A stretch of DNA of 64,000 nucleotides from Mobula hypostoma (lineage: Eukaryota), in contig NC_086108.1 in the NCBI RefSeq assembly GCF_963921235.1, positions 74,774,001 through 74,838,000 on the forward strand, read 5' to 3'. The notes beneath the pieces were generated by a model. That model did no database searches. It had not been told where the DNA came from and was given only the letters and a program-made list of their open reading frames with translations. Position 1 is the stretch's first letter; each line of letters begins with the position of its first letter. The position numbers and the translations under genes were made by a program. This document shows positions 1-12,855 of this stretch, piece after piece.

Positions 1-175
1 AGATGCTGGAATATGGAGAAACACACAATGTGTTGGAGGGATTGAGTGGGTTGAGCAGCACCTGTGGAAGGGATGGAATTTTTGGCATTTTGGATCGGTG
101 TCAAGAATTCCTTTCCTCCCTCAGATGCTGCTTGACTCGCTGAGTTCCTCCAGCAGATTGCTTGCTGCTCAAGAA
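1..175. repeat. Palindromic Penelope-terminal-repeat (pLTR)-derived short element, truncated by the window start
   Basis: Arms of about 20-80 and 105-170 are imperfect inverted copies. Both match the 'agatgctgcctggcctgctg(a/c)gttc(c/a)ccagc' terminus of the Penelope elements at 38.2-39.1 kb and 42.9 kb. Confidence 0.65.
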
Positions 176-179
176 GCAC

Positions 180-535
180 ATCAAAGTTCAAAATTCAAAG
201 TAAATTTATTATCAAAATACATATATGTCACCATATATGATACTACCCTGAGATTCATTTTCTTGCAGGCATTCAGAGTAAATATAAAAGAACACAATAG
301 ATTCAATGAAAAAAATGCACACAACAAAGATGGACAAACAACCCAATGTGCAAAAGACAATAAACTGTGAAAATACAGTATACAAATGAAATAATAATGA
401 TGATAGTAACAAATAAGCAAATAATATCGAGGACCTGAGTTGAACAGTTCTAGAAAGTGAGTCCATGTGTTGTGGGATCAGTTCACTGTTGGGGTGAGTG
501 AGTGAAGTTATCCCCTCTGGTTCAAGAGCAGGAAC
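180..535 (-). mobile_element. 3' end of a Rex1/Babar-like LINE
   Basis: Reverse complement ends '...tttgataataaatttactttgaattttgaactttga', the same tail as the + strand copies at 27200-27393 and 45460-45525. Confidence 0.55.
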
Positions 536-559
536 TCAATGAGCACATTGTCTGAATTT

Positions 560-1600
560 GTGGGAGGTTCATATTCTGCATGGCGACGGTGGCCAATGGG
601 GTTCCACAGGGATCTGTTCTGGGACACCTCCTCCTTGTGATTTTTATAAGTGACCTGGATAAGGAAGTAGAAAGGTGGGTGAGTAAGTTTGTTGATGATA
701 CAAAAGTTGGCTGTGTTGTGGTTAGTCTGGAGGGTTGCCAGAGGTTACAGCGAGACATCGATAGGATGCAGAACTGGGCTGAGAAATGAAGGATGGGGTT
801 CAATCCAAGATAAGTGTGAAGTGGTTCATTTCAACAGGCCAAATTTGAAGACAGAATACAATATTAATGGTAAGACTCTTGGAAGTGTGGAAGATTAGTG
901 AAATATTGGGGTTCTTGTCCATAGGACATTCAAAGCTGCTGCGCAAGTTGACAGTGTTGTTAAGAAGGCAAATGGTATGTTGGCCTTCATCAACTGTGGG
1001 ATTGAACTCAAGGGTCATGAGGTAATGTTACAGCTATATAAGACCTTAGTTAGACCTCATTTGGAGTACAGTGTTCAGTTCTGGCCACCTCATTACAGAA
1101 AGGATGTGGATACTTTTGAGAGAGTGCAGAGGAGATTTACAAGGATGTTGCCTGGATTGGAGAGCAGGCCTTATGACAATAGGTTGAGTGAATTTGGCCT
1201 TTTCTCTCTGGAATGACAGAGGATGAGAGGTGACCTGATAGAGGTGTATAAAATGATGAGAGGCATTGACTGTGTGCATAGCCGAAGGTTTTTTCCCAGG
1301 GCTGAAATGGCTAGCAGCAAGGGGGCATAGTTTTAAGGTCTTGGAAGTAGGTACAAGGGGAATGTCAGAGGTACATTTTTCACACAGAGACTGGTGGGTG
1401 TGGTGAATGCACTGCCAGTGATAGTGGTAGAGGTAAATACAGTAGTGTTTTTTAAGAGACTCTTAGATAGGTACATGGAACTTGGAAAAATAGAGTGCTA
1501 TGCGGTAGGGGAATTCTAGGCAGCTTCTAGTATAGGTTACATGGTCAACACAATGTTGTGGGCTAAAGAGCCTGTAATGTGCTGTAGATTTTCTATGTTT
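560..1600 (+). mobile_element. CR1 LINE, 5'-truncated (RT plus 3' UTR), decayed
   Basis: GVPQGSVLG, SKFVDDTK, LYKTLVRPHLEY and ERVQRRFTRMLPG motifs across frameshifts; tail 'tttctatgttt'. Confidence 0.92.
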
Positions 1601-1954
1601 ATCCTGAGAGCCAACAGAAAAATCAAGACTATCCCAAATTTGGTTTTTCTAATAACCCGTAAAATTTTAAAGTATACTTCACTTTGAAATAATGAAATGT
1701 TTACAAATGCAGATTGAATTCCAATAGTCATAGTTAGTAATAACTTCACATTGATAGGGAAATGCTGTGAACAATATGCAGCAAGATGACAACACTTGCA
1801 TTTTTGCATTTCATAGTGTTAGCCTTCTCTTTGTAAAATGTTATAATCCTATGTGACAGTTTGCCTTAATCTCCACTCTTTTGCTTAACTGTTGATTGTC
1901 CTTTGCATACATCAGTGGTAGAGAAATTAACAGAGAGGGTTCTTAGTGATAAGA

Positions 1955-2432
1955 TTTGCTGACGTTTGGAAAGTATGGACTACAGGTGTATTGTAGAGAG
2001 CATTCTAAGTGTCTGGAATGGAAGGGCCACTGCACAGGATTGCAAAAAGTTGCAGAATTTTGTAAACTCAGTCAGCTTCATTATGGGCACTAGCCTCCCC
2101 AGCATCCAGGACACCTTCAAAAGATGGTGCCTCAGAAAGGATCTCCGTCACCAGGGCATGCCCCCTTCTCATTACCACCATCAAGGAACAGGTACAAGAG
2201 CCTGAAGACACACACTCAATGTTTCAGGAACAGCTTCTTCCCCTCCACCACCAGATGTCTGAATGGACAATGAACCCATGAACACTACCTCAGTATTATT
2301 TTGCATTGCTTACTTAATTTAATTATATATGTATTTCTTGTAATTTATAGTTTTTATTATGTATTGCAATGTACTGTTGTCGCAAAGCAACAAATTTAAT
2401 GATATATACCCATGATATTAAACCAGATTCAG
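1955..2432 (+). mobile_element. Rex1/Babar LINE 3' fragment
   Basis: YRCIVESIL...ATAQDCKKLQ C-terminal motif; 3' UTR ending 'attaaaccagattcagat'. Confidence 0.8.
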
Positions 2433-2435
2433 ATG

Positions 2436-3562
2436 GAGTATGGCTTTGTACAGGTCTTATCTCACAAATCGATTGAGTTTATTTGGAGAGTGACAACGAT
2501 GGCTGGTGTGGGTAGGGCAGTGATTGTTGTCTACATGGACTGTAAGAAAGCATTTTTCAAAGTTCCTCATATAGGGTCATCCAGAATATTAAGTAGCTTT
2601 GATCCACTGATCCATAGATAAATTGGATACAAAATGGGACAGTAGAGTGGAGGGCATTCTTCTCAATGGAGGTCTGTAACCAGTGGTGTTCAGTCTTGGG
2701 ACCTCTGTTGTATGTAATATATATAAACCATTTGGATAAAAATGTTAATGATCTGATTAGTGAGTTTGCAGATGACATGAAAAAGTAGTGGAAATGTGGC
2801 TAGTGAAGAAGTTTGTCAAAGGATACTGCAGATTTAGATCTATGGAAATTTGGGTAGAGATTTGGAAAATGGAGTTTAAATTAGACAAGTGTAACGTGAT
2901 GCATTTTGGGAAGTCAAATGCAAGGAGCAAGTATAAAATGAATGACAGAACCCTCAGGACATTGTTATACAGATAAATCTTGGGGTTCAAATCCATAGCT
3001 CCTGAAAGTGGTAACAAAAGTGGATAGGGTGGTAAAGAAGGCATATGGCACAGATTCCTTCATCATTTGGGGCATTGAATATAAAAGTTAGCAAGTCTGG
3101 TATTTGCAGAAAAATTTGCTTAGGTCACATCTTAAATATCCTGTCCAGTTCTGGTCACCCACACTGTGGGAAGGACATGTTCTTTTGAAGCTTCCGCCTA
3201 GGAGTTATTGGAGGGGGAACAGAAAAAATTAACTAGGATGTTGCTTGCATTAAAAGAGTATTATCTGAACAGAGAGATTGGATAGAACTTTCTCTGGAGT
3301 GTCAGAGGCTGAGGGGGTGACCTGATGGAAATATATAGGATTATGAGAGGCACGGATAGGACAGTTAGGCAGTCTTTTTCCCAGGGTAGAAATATCAAAT
3401 ACTCGAGAGCATAGGTTTAAGCTGAGAGGGGGAATGTTTAAAGGAAATCTGCGAAGGAAATTTTTTTTACAGACTATGTGCAGACAGATGGAATTAGTTA
3501 GATTTTCATCAGCATGGGTGCAGGCATAGTGGGTTGAATGGCCTGTTTCTGTGCTATATTCT
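2436..3562 (+). mobile_element. CR1 LINE RT and 3' UTR fragment, decayed
   Basis: VVYMDCKKAFFKVPH, 'gagtttgcagatgac' (FADD), MEFKLDKCNVMHFG; CR1 3' end 'ggcctgtttctgtgctata'. Confidence 0.88.
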
Positions 3563-5899
3563 ATCAGTATTACTTTTCATGCAGGTGCAGTCAACTATGA
3601 GGAGATTGAGATTGAGGAGTAATAATGCAATTGATTAATATTATATCTTGGATTACTCTTGCCCTGAAAAAACGACTAAGGACTGTAGAAATAGCCATCA
3701 AATTCACTTTAATATTTCACAAGACCAGCTGGCATTAGATGCATTTTATTGCATCCAGCCAAATATTCAATTCTCAGTCGTATGCCTTTCTAAACCAAGC
3801 ATCGATGTTTTTGATCCAACTCTGGGAGTGTGATATTTAAAAACATCTGGCTAAGGATTGATGCTGAATGTGAGTGAAGACTTTTGGAATGCAGATGCTT
3901 ACGGAGCAGAGCAGCTGGAGGCAGGATACAGGGGGGTAAGACTGTAAATTGCAAAATAGGTTGAGAGCTAAAGAAGGGAGACATCTGGAGGGTTAAGATG
4001 AATTCCCTATTATGTTTGTATTTTTGTAATCTCATCATTGGCCGTAGTATGCTGGTTCACTGAACTTTCAATAAGCAAATGCTTGACTCTATATTGAATA
4101 AATTTTTGGTATACGGGTACAGGACTTCAACACTGAGATGATTAAATTCTTAATAGCTTCTCTAGCAAACTTTATGTTATTAGTTTAGTGCAATTTGAAC
4201 AGCAGGTCCCTCAAAGATCTAGCTGTAAAACTTCAGCAGTCACATTGCTTCCGAGTCAATAGCTCTTCTGATCAATACTATTTTGATTTCTATTTGAAGT
4301 CCTTCTTCATTTCAACTAGCTCACACATCAGTAAATTAATGAATTTTACTTTTCTTTAAGAGCATATTAATAAGTGTTTTTTTGTGTAAAGACAGTTCAG
4401 AGGCAAGAAATTGCTGTTCATCTGACCTGGTCTTTGCCAACCCTTATATTGTTTTTGTTTTTTTATAATACCGAAACAGTATACTTCATTTGCCACCTTT
4501 CTATTAAGCTAATTGCTTGCACTGATCTTGCTCCTTTGTCCTTTAAAACTATTTCTGATGTGAGCTTGAATGCCATTAGTAAATACCATTTTAAAACAAA
4601 TAAAATGCTTAAGAATTTTTTTGTATAACGTCAGCCTCCTTGGGCCTAGCAAATGACAATGACATGGGCCTTATTTTTCACATAGTTTTGCTCAGTATTT
4701 CTGTAATACATATTGCATATGGTATTCATTGGCACAGATCATTAACAGAACCCAGTTTTTAAAAATGTTTTTGAACATCTCAGCTGCACTGATGAAAATG
4801 GATTTAAATAGCAGCTGGTACCACTGCTGTACTTAATGCATTAAAGCATTAATTATGAGATAATATTTGGAATCTTGTGTCTGTTTTAAGGTGGAAGTTC
4901 ACATGAAATAGATTGGCTCAGTCAGCCATATTCTTCACAATTTTGATGCTGCCTAACTTTCTAAGTTTCAAATGAATGTTACATTGAAACTCGGAACTGA
5001 CTTCTTAAATTATTGTAATCCATTTGCAAGATACAGTTCTTTGCTAGATAAAGACCACCACTCTTTATAATGATTTTGCTTGTACTGCCTGTGAGGGAGA
5101 AGTCTTGATGAATTCCTTATGTTGTCAGGGTGTAAAATTGTCATAGATATAAATATAGTGGGGGTATGTTCCATGGTGGAAGATCACCAGACACACCATA
5201 GATACAGTGCATATTGCTCCGTAATGCTAGGCATTTGTGATGGTCAGCTGTAGTAAGAGCAGGGATTACTTAAATGGAATTAGAGTTTTGTGATGGAGCC
5301 TTGCGTCTCTATAGAGCATAGAGCACCACAGCACAAGAATCTGCCCTTTGACCCATGACATTTATGCTGGCCACGCTTCCAATTTAAACTGCACATCTGC
5401 TTGTCCTTGATGTATATACCTCAATTCCTTGCCTATTCATGTGCCCATCTAAATGTCTCTTAAACATCACTATTATGGCCATTGACAAAATGCCACACAT
5501 GACGCTGTTTAACAAGATAAGAGCCCATGATATTCTAGGAAAGATACTACATGGGGAGAAAGTTGGCTGACTAGCAGGAAGCAAAGAGTGGGAATAGAAT
5601 AGGCCTTATGGGTTTTGCAAGGTGTGAGTAACTGTATTTACTTTCTTGAGAACCTTGAAGGATCTAATGAACTTGGGCGCCTACATTCTAGACGCTACCC
5701 AGAAAGGCAAATCCTGAGTAGACAGCCAGACCTGTTGCCCAGGCTGCAAAACTGGTTCCTGCCTTATCTTGCACTTAGCCTTTATTTCAGTCTTCTGGGT
5801 AAAAGCCAACAAAACCTCCCTTGCCCGAGTCCATTTTTCCTTGCAGTGTCAGATGAGATTTTTGGCCGCAGGAATCCCAATATCGGCCTCCTGCTTAGA

Positions 5900-7260
5900 G
5901 AACAATGGCGGCAGATACTCAAAATGGCATTTGAATGGAGACATCCCATGCACAGAATGTGGGTGTGGGTAACCTCACCCACATCAGTTGGTCGCCAGTC
6001 ATCTTAGGGTTCATTCCATTTCTTGGTTCAGCTGCTCCTTTTGGCCGTTGGACTGTGGGTGAAATCCTGAGGAAAGACACACTGTTGTTCCAATCAGTGT
6101 ACAGAACACCCTCCAAAAACATGATGTGAATTGAGGACCACAATCTGACATAAGGTCCACTGGAAATCCATGGATCATGAAGACCTGGTTCAGGGCAATT
6201 TTGGCCATTTCCACCGCAGATAGCAGTTTGTTCAAGGCAATGAATTTGCAGCCCTTTGTAAAAAGATTTACAAATACTATGATGTGATCTTCCGCTTGGA
6301 AGGCTGAAGACCCATGACAAAGTCCATGGGGATGTGTGCTCTAGAACAGGTCTAAAACAAGTAGAGGGTGAAGGAGCCCTTGCAGTTGGGTGCAGGGCCT
6401 CTCTCACCATTCCAGGCCACCAGTATCTTAATGAACTCCAGGGTTCTGGCAACACCTGGGTGAGCAGTCATTCTTGATGTGTGTCCCCATTGAAGTACCT
6501 AAGGCCGACAGAACTTGGGATGAGCAGACCATTCTTGGGAATCTCCGCTTGTGCCTGGGCTTTGCGAACAAGTGTGTTGGTTCCCCAACAAATTGGCGCT
6601 ATCACCTTAGTTTGTAGGGTAAAATGGCGGTAGGCTACTTCTCTCTTTCAGGTTCATTGAACTGATGAGACAAGGCATCTAGTTTCTGATTCTTTGACCC
6701 TGGTTGATAGGTCAGGATAAAATTGAAGTGGTTAAAGAAAAGAGACCACCTGGCCTACCTGGAATTCAATCTTTTGGCCTCTTGAATATAAGCCAGATTA
6801 TGGAGAGCATCCTTGAGCACGTTGTTTATAAAACCCTGGAAAACTGATGGAACATTCGCAAAGCCAAAGGGCATGACCAGGTACTCATAGTGCCCTGTTG
6901 TTGTGTTGAACGTAGTCTTCCACTCATCGCCTCCTTTATACAGACCAGATTATACACATTTTGGAAGTCCAGAGACCCTCTCTCTCTAGTTCCAGCGCAT
7001 CCCTGAATAGACAGGGCTGTGACTCACATGGTCATGTTGGCTGGAGCCAACCTGCGTGGCCTTAGAGGCAGGAATTAGTTCCCTGAAGGCTTCAGGTTAC
7101 CCTGAACAAAAGTCAGCCTCCTCACTGGTCATCACCAAGGCAAAAACATACAATCTAGCAATGACTGGACCATGCAATGATCCTCCCTTCCTTCCAGTTC
7201 ATGGAAGGGTTATGGTGGGACAGCCAGGGTGCCTGAGTATGTGAGGAGAATTGATGATCA
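5900..7260 (-). mobile_element. Internally deleted sushi-type Ty3/Gypsy pol relic (PR end, RT, RNase H, integrase)
   Basis: Minus strand: RT '[28 protein letters not shown]' (about 6850-6930); RNase H '[22 protein letters not shown]' (about 6690-6760); integrase 'HGFPVDLMSDCGPQFTS...SSGFHPQSNGQKE' (6011-6235). Domains are abutted by large deletions. Confidence 0.88.
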
Positions 7261-7261
7261 C

Positions 7262-8475
7262 TAGGTTCTGGGATATCTGGAAGACTGGAAAATTACAAAT
7301 GTCACTCCACTCTTCAAGAAGGGAGAGAGAAGAAGAGAGTAAATTATAGGCCAGTTAATCTGACCTCAGTGACTGGGAAGAATTTGGAGTCGATTATTGA
7401 GGATGAAGTCTTAGGGTATTTGGAAGTACATGATAAAATGGTTTCCTCTAGGGAAAATCTTGCCTGACAAATCTGTTGCAATTCTGTGAAGAAGTAACAA
7501 GCAGGATAGACAAAGGAGAATTAGTTGATTTTGTGTACTTGGATTTTCAGAAGGCCTTTGACAAGGTGCCACACATGAGGCTGCTTAACAAGCTAAAAGC
7601 CCATGGTATTACAGGAAAGATTCTAGCATGCATAAAGCAGTGGCTGATTGGCAGGAGGCAAAGAATGGGAACAAAAGGAACCTTTTCTGGTTGGCTACCA
7701 GAGACTAGGGGTGTTCCACAGGGGTCTGTGTTGGAACCGATTCTTTTTAAGTTATATGGCAATGATTTGGGTGATGGAATTGATGGCTTTGATGCAAAGT
7801 TTCTAGATGCTATGAAGATAGGTGGAGGGACAGGTAGTTTTGAGGAAGTAGAGAGGCTACAGAAGGACTTAGGCAGATTACGAGAATGGGCAAAGAAATG
7901 GCAGAGGGAATATATTGTTGGGAAGTGTATGGTCATGCACTTTGGTAGAAGAAATGAAAGGGCTGACTATTTTCTAAGTGGAGAGAAATTGCTAAAAAAC
8001 TGAGATGCAAGGGGAGTTGTCAGTCCTTGTGCAGGATTACCTAAAGGTTAATTTGCAGGTCGAGTCTGTGGTGGGGAAGGCAAATGCAATGTTAGCATTC
8101 ATTTCAAGAAGACCAGAATATAAAAGCAAGGATGTAACATTGAGAATTTATAAAGCACTGGTGAGGCCTCACTTGGAGTATTGTGAGCAGGTCTGGGCCT
8201 CTTATCTTAGAAATGATGTGCTGAAGCTGGAGAGAGTTCAAAGGAGGTTCATGGAAATGATTCTATGATTAAATGGCTTGTCATATGAAGACTGGTTGAT
8301 GGCTCTGGGCCTGTATTCACCGAAATTCAGAAGAATGAAGGGTGACCTCATTGAAACCTACCGAATGGTGAAAGGCTTGATAGAGTGGATGTGGAGAGGA
8401 TATTTCCTATGGTGGGAGAATCTAAGACCAGAGGACACAGCCTCAGAATCGAGGCGTGTCCTTATGAAATGAAGT
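7262..8475 (+). mobile_element. CR1 LINE ORF2 RT region
   Basis: YLDFQKAFDKVPH, GVPQGSVL and KALVRPHLEYC in ORFs 7476-8003 and 8005-8268. Confidence 0.93.
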
Positions 8476-8483
8476 TGGGGAGG

Positions 8484-8707
8484 ATGGGCTCGAGGAGGCA
8501 GCCACTAGGTGCTATACTAATTTTGCCTCAGACAATGACCAGCCTGTCAACAAAATGGAAATCAGCTGCACAAGATTCTCCACCAATGAGAAATTGCGGT
8601 GTCTGACTGGAGAGTCTTTGTACAGCTCGTTTGCATTTTGTTGACAGGCTGGTCATTGTCTGAGGTGAAGTTAGGATAGCGTCATGTGGCTGCCTCTTTG
8701 AGCCCAT
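8484..8707. repeat. Long inverted repeat with arms of about 100 bp and a loop of about 25 bp
   Basis: 8526-8557 'cctcagacaatgaccagcctgtcaacaaaatg' is the perfect reverse complement of 8634-8665. Imperfect pairing extends to atgggctc (8484) and gagcccat (8707). Confidence 0.95.
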
Positions 8708-9200
8708 TTGCAGAAACATCTTAAATCCCTTTCTTTAATATCACCTTTCTCCTCTTCAAGGTGGCTGGGGTTCTATTGAGGTCCTGATCTGCAAGTGGCA
8801 CTCAAACTTTTTAAATAGCGGAGAAGCTCCCATTCATGGAGCTCACCTGTCAACAGTTTTCCGACATTCTCCAGGCACGGCTTGGAAGATGGCTCCTCCA
8901 AGGAGCGGCCCTATGGGTGACTGATTCCAGGACGGTGTTGTTGATGGAGGAATGGTAGGAGATGGAACATCAGGATCTCCGTGCGGCAGTTCCTTGCACA
9001 CTTCCCGTCCTTGCTGGGTTGAGCGCCAAGCTAGCAACTCAGCCTCATAAAAACAGTCAAATGTTACAGAAATGGCAAAAAGGCTGCCCGATACTCCACA
9101 AGGCGTGAAAAGGAACAACAGGAACAACAATCTCAACCTAGTTAGCAAACCGGTAGCCAAGGAAAGTGTTGTTGTAGTTAGGTGGATTGAGTGCCATCTT
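8590..9200 (-). mobile_element. Possible 5' end and ORF1 remnant of an L1/Tx1-like LINE
   Basis: Minus strand begins 'caagatggca' (YY1-like L1 start), is relatively CpG-rich, and ends in 'agtcagacaccgcaatttc', which resembles a decayed RSRRxN ORF1 motif. Weak evidence. Confidence 0.3.
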
Positions 9201-9204
9201 GTAG

Positions 9205-9860
9205 AGGCTAGACAGTAGCTCTCAGTCTCCTACTCGTATCAACCCCTGGATCATGACTCCAGCAAAGAACCACCAGGCCTATCTCTGCATTGTGAAATAT
9301 CATTCTCCAAACTGATAGTGCCTCAACTCTGCACTTCCCACTTCTATCTTCTATTCAATATCCACAATGGCTGGACCATTGCATCTGCCTACTCTTTCCT
9401 TACTTTCTCTCCCTTTTCTAGATCTGCCTCCAACTCAGGAACAAACTATTCGCTGACTTTTACTATCAACCCATTGACTCCTACGGCTGTCAAGACTACA
9501 TCTCTTCCCACCCTGTCTGTTGTATGGATGCCAACTGTTTTTTTTTTCCAGTTTCTTCTTCTCCATGGCAAAATGGACACCCTCAAAATGAGGTCTTCCA
9601 TTTCAGGATATCTGACACCTCTTATTTCAGGAAACATGGCCTCCCTTCTGCTCTAGCTGATGGTGTGTTCTCATGCATTTCCACCATTTCCAAGATCTCT
9701 GTCCTCATGCCTCCACAACATTTCCCCCTCCCCTCAAACCAACCGTAGGCAGAGATACCCTGGTCTAGCCCTGATGCAAACTGTCAACCCAAAATGTCAA
9801 TAATTCTTCTCATCTTACAGATGCTGCTTGACCTACTGAGTTTTTATAACACATTTACTT
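9205..9860 (+). mobile_element. Old, multiply deleted Penelope-like element with a decayed pLTR
   Basis: Short blocks collinear with the 43-45 kb Penelope ORF (LDHDxxKEHQA, LIVP...FYLL..IH), followed by a terminal 'acagatgctgcttgacctactgagtt'. Confidence 0.75.
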
Positions 9861-9889
9861 TGGCTTTGTGAACTTTATATTGGCTTCAA

Positions 9890-10250
9890 GGTGTATAAGA
9901 TGATGAGGGGCGTTGATCATGTGGATAGTCAGAGGCTTTTTCCCAGGGCTGAAATAGCTAACATGAGAGGCCACAGTTTTAAGGTGCTTGGAAGTAGGTA
10001 CAGAGGGGATGTCAGGAGTAAGTTTTTTTATGCAGAGTGGTGAGTGCGTGAAATGGGCTGCTGGTGATGGTGGTGGAGACGGATATGATAGGGTCTTTTA
10101 AGAGACTCCTGGAAAGGTACATGGAGATTAGAAAAATAGAGGGCTATTGGTAACCCAAGGTAATTTCTAAAGTGAGTACATGTTTGACGCAGAATTGTGG
10201 GCCAAAGGGCCTGTATTGTGCTGTAGGTTTTCTATATTTGTATGTTTCTA
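9890..10250 (+). mobile_element. CR1 3' end
   Basis: Closely collinear with 1243-1600; ends 'tttctatatttgtatgtttcta'. Confidence 0.9.
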
Positions 10251-10732
10251 AATCTCTTTGGAACTTGCATTGCTCTCTCATTGTCACGCAAATGGAAATC
10301 AAAGAGAAAATAGAAAAGAGGCAGAAGCATTAGGACCTAAAAATTTCCAAGGTTTTAAACGCCATCATTTGAGAGGTGGAAACTCTGGCCACTCCTTAGA
10401 GGTTGAATGATGTTGGAGGATGTATCTATTGTGAGACTTAGTATGAGTGTTCTCATGCTAAGAGTTCCCATTTTTCAAGACCATTTGTGATCTAACAGCA
10501 GGACTCTGAGGCAATATGCTGCAGCAAACCATAGATATTCAGATCTGCATGCATGATCAGGAAGTGGCTTGGACCACCAACTGCTGAATGGTTGACCTAC
10601 CTACATTCTTCTTCCCACTAAATTAACATAGGCATTTATCCAACACAAATCATTAAAATAACTCTTAGCAAACTGCTAAATGTTTATTCATTCATATCAG
10701 GATTTCTAAGCTAATATGATAATGTTAGAAAT

Positions 10733-10815
10733 TTCTCGGCCCAAAATGTTGACTCTATATTTCTTTCAATAGCTGATGCCTGACCTGCTGAGTTCCCTCA
10801 GCATTTTTGTGTGTA
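10733..10815 (+). repeat. Penelope pLTR remnant
   Basis: 'tctcggcccaaaatgttgact...tgcctgacctgctgagttcc...gcatttttgtgtgt'. Confidence 0.7.
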
Positions 10816-11328
10816 TGTTACTTATGCTAGAAATTAAGATGGGAAAAACATCAAAGAATTAGGTATTGTATTGGATAGACAGAAATAGGAAGCCTCTTTG
10901 ATAATATTTGCTGAATGTTTCTTTTCCTCTTTAGGGCAAAATTTACTGATTCACAAGTAAATGTTTTCCAATTAGTAATGTAAAACTGTATATCATTAAA
11001 TTAATTTCAGAATATTTAAAAAAAATTAATAGACTGAATTTTAAAATAGAATCCATAATGAACATCGAAGAGACATTAGAGCTGGAGAGTTCAGCCAGTT
11101 TAAGAGGATTTCAAAGTTTTTTTTCAAGAAATATATCAGCTTAATTCCAAGTCCTGCATGATCAACACCTGAATAATGTTCTGTCCTGACTTCACACTCA
11201 GAGTGAACACTGCAGGGAAGGGCAATATATATTGCCCATACTCATTGCAGTTGAGGAGCTGAGGTGAGCCTAAATGAATTCCTAGTGTGGGTAGCGCAGC
11301 AAGTGAATTTGGTCCTTGTTGTACTTGT

Positions 11329-12380
11329 TGTGACATGCACACGACCACACCAGCCTCCAGGGCTTAGATGCTCTAACTGCCAGAATATGGACAGCTGGCA
11401 TGCTGTTTTGAAGATTCAGGCCCACCCCTGCTAATTGGCTGCCTTGTTTTGGCACCAGGATATTAATATTTAAAGAGCACCTGAACTGTGGTTCAGGGCT
11501 CATCATCAGCTCAACTTTGGATTTTCATCTAGCATCTAGTTTAGAACTGTCTTCGTTTCAGTCTCGTATCATGTCTCCATTCTAATCTCAGATACTCCAG
11601 CACTTGGATTCTAACCATCCTCGCCTAGGTCTCTTGTCACAGTACGATTGAGACCAACATGGACCCAGTGGGGCATCAGAGCTTCTCATCAGCTGTGTTC
11701 AGCCACAGCAGGAATATTTCTCGGCGGAGCCTGGAGATACACGACCTCCAGGTTGCCGTGTGCCAACTGTCAGAAAGACGAAGCCAGAGATGCTTGGGTG
11801 AGGCTGTTGGTCGTTCTGTGGCGCCAGACCATCTTCCGACCCTGGAGTTTCGGAGGTGACCCGGGATCTTGCCACAACTTCTCGCTCAATGTTCACTGGT
11901 ATTTGAACTTCAGCTGTTCAGGTTCCCTACAGAGTGCAGAAAGGGGGCCTTCATGATCTCCCTCTTGACTGGAAGAGCCCTATAGCCCAGGCCACCGCGC
12001 ATTGGGAGTGAAGGTCGGAGATTTGCTGAGATTCAGAGAAATTCATGGCCGCCATGAAGAGGGTGTTCCACCACCCTGCTGGAGCAAACTGTGCCTCAGA
12101 CTGTCTGATGAAGATGTGTCAGGGTAGTCAGTCAAGAGCCGACTACAGTATTGAGTTTCAGACTTTGGCTGAAGAGAGGGGCTAGAACTGGGTGGCCTTG
12201 GCCATTCTGTACCGCCACAGACTTCGAGGTGAACTAAAGGATGCCCTTGCTTTGGGAGAGCCGGTAGAGGACTAAGAGACTCTGATCAATCTGCCTCAAA
12301 AATCGACTGGCTGGCTGAGGGTGGGGCTACCTCAAGCCCAGCCTCAAGGCATTGCAGTTCCACTTGCTAACCTCAAACGG
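11329..12380 (+). mobile_element. Sushi-type Gypsy 5' LTR (11329-11641) plus decayed gag, 3'-truncated
   Basis: LTR has perfect 7-bp inverted ends TGTGACA...TGTCACA and a TATA-like sequence near 11465. ATG-GAC-CCA (MDP) at 11659. Gag motifs (GDPGSCHNF..QCSLVF, SLLTGRAL, DYSIEFQTLA) are homologous to the gag at 58.0-58.8 kb. Confidence 0.85.
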
Positions 12381-12486
12381 TTCAGTTTATTATCAGAGAA
12401 CGTATGCAGTATACAATCTGAAATACTTGTCTTTGCTGACAACCACAAAAAACAGAAGAGCTCCAAAAGAATGAATCCCAGAAAAG

Positions 12487-12836
12487 TGCAGAAAATTTGA
12501 AGTTAATAACTCATCAGGGGTGATTGATAAGTCCGTGGCCAAAAGTAGAAGGAGATGAGTTATTAACTTCAAACTTTCTGCATTATCACTCAAAGAGTTG
12601 AACTGTATGTGCATGTAACGAGAGCGGTACAACTAATTTCCTTCTACCTTAGGCCACGAACTTATCAATCACCCCTGCTGTGGACACTTTCTGGAGATCC
12701 AAGATCCGTATGCTCCATGACCACTGGACTAAGTGTGTAGATGTAGGAGGGGACTATGTTGAAAAATAAATGTGCTAGGCTTTCTAAACTTGACTCCTCC
12801 TTCTACCTTAGGCCACAAACTTATTGTCGCCCCCTG
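12487..12836 (+). mobile_element. Mariner-derived non-autonomous element (MITE), rearranged
   Basis: TIR 'caggggtgattgataag(t/c)cgtggcc' at 12515, with inverted copies ending at 12677 and 12836. Internal 'aagtgtgtagatgtaggaggggactatgttgaaaaataa' translates to the mariner C-terminus KCVDVGGDYVEK*. Confidence 0.85.
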
Positions 12837-12855
12837 TGTGTGTGTGTGTGTGTGT

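Noticed and set aside
11490..11656. Self-priming complementarity in the 11.3 kb LTR element (PBS gtacgattgagac versus ggctcatcat after the TATA-like box)
   Set aside because: The position fits, but the match needs several mismatches and a gap, so it is not supportable from this copy alone.
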